A stretch of 15,172 bases of DNA from Candidatus Fermentibacteraceae bacterium (GTDB lineage Bacteria; Fermentibacterota; Fermentibacteria; Fermentibacterales; JCC-6): assembly GCA_041686025.1 (NCBI GenBank), contig JAWLEP010000002.1:25699-40870 (forward strand). Reading direction: 5' to 3'. Each line of letters opens with the position of its first letter. The stretch's first letter is position 1. Both the position numbers and the translations under genes were made by a program. Shown in pieces: positions 15,172 to 15,172 of the stretch. Under the pieces are notes generated by a model, which saw only the letters and a program-made list of their open reading frames with translations, did no database searches and was not told where the DNA came from.

Positions 15172-15172
15172 G

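Overview
GC-rich, gene-dense bacterial (diderm) region. The paired secreted proteins ending in TWGGI(K/E)AL(F/Y) suggest an FCB-related candidate lineage such as Ca. Fermentibacterota (recalled association, not verified). Left, + strand: partial tgt, an rlmD-like RNA m5U methyltransferase and a Wzi-like outer-membrane protein. Next comes a unit with a probable ECF-sigma promoter: DUF4097 lipoprotein, small exported protein, a gene remnant and a GNAT. On the - strand lie two tandem paralogous secreted proteins, a TlpA-type redoxin fusion lipoprotein and a small lipoprotein. Divergent from these is a ~1235-aa sigma-54 enhancer-binding protein (pseudokinase / degenerate P-loop / TPR / AAA+ / HTH). 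The right end holds mpg, a HIT protein and a partial TamB-like gene. The most notable feature is the 8087-8305 intergenic region, which reads as a full sigma-54 circuit: a -24/-12 promoter aimed at the two secreted paralogs, a phased AT-rich spacer, three candidate enhancer repeats and an abutting sigma-70 promoter for the activator. A 14-bp perfect inverted repeat would also sequester the start of the downstream redoxin gene in read-through transcripts.
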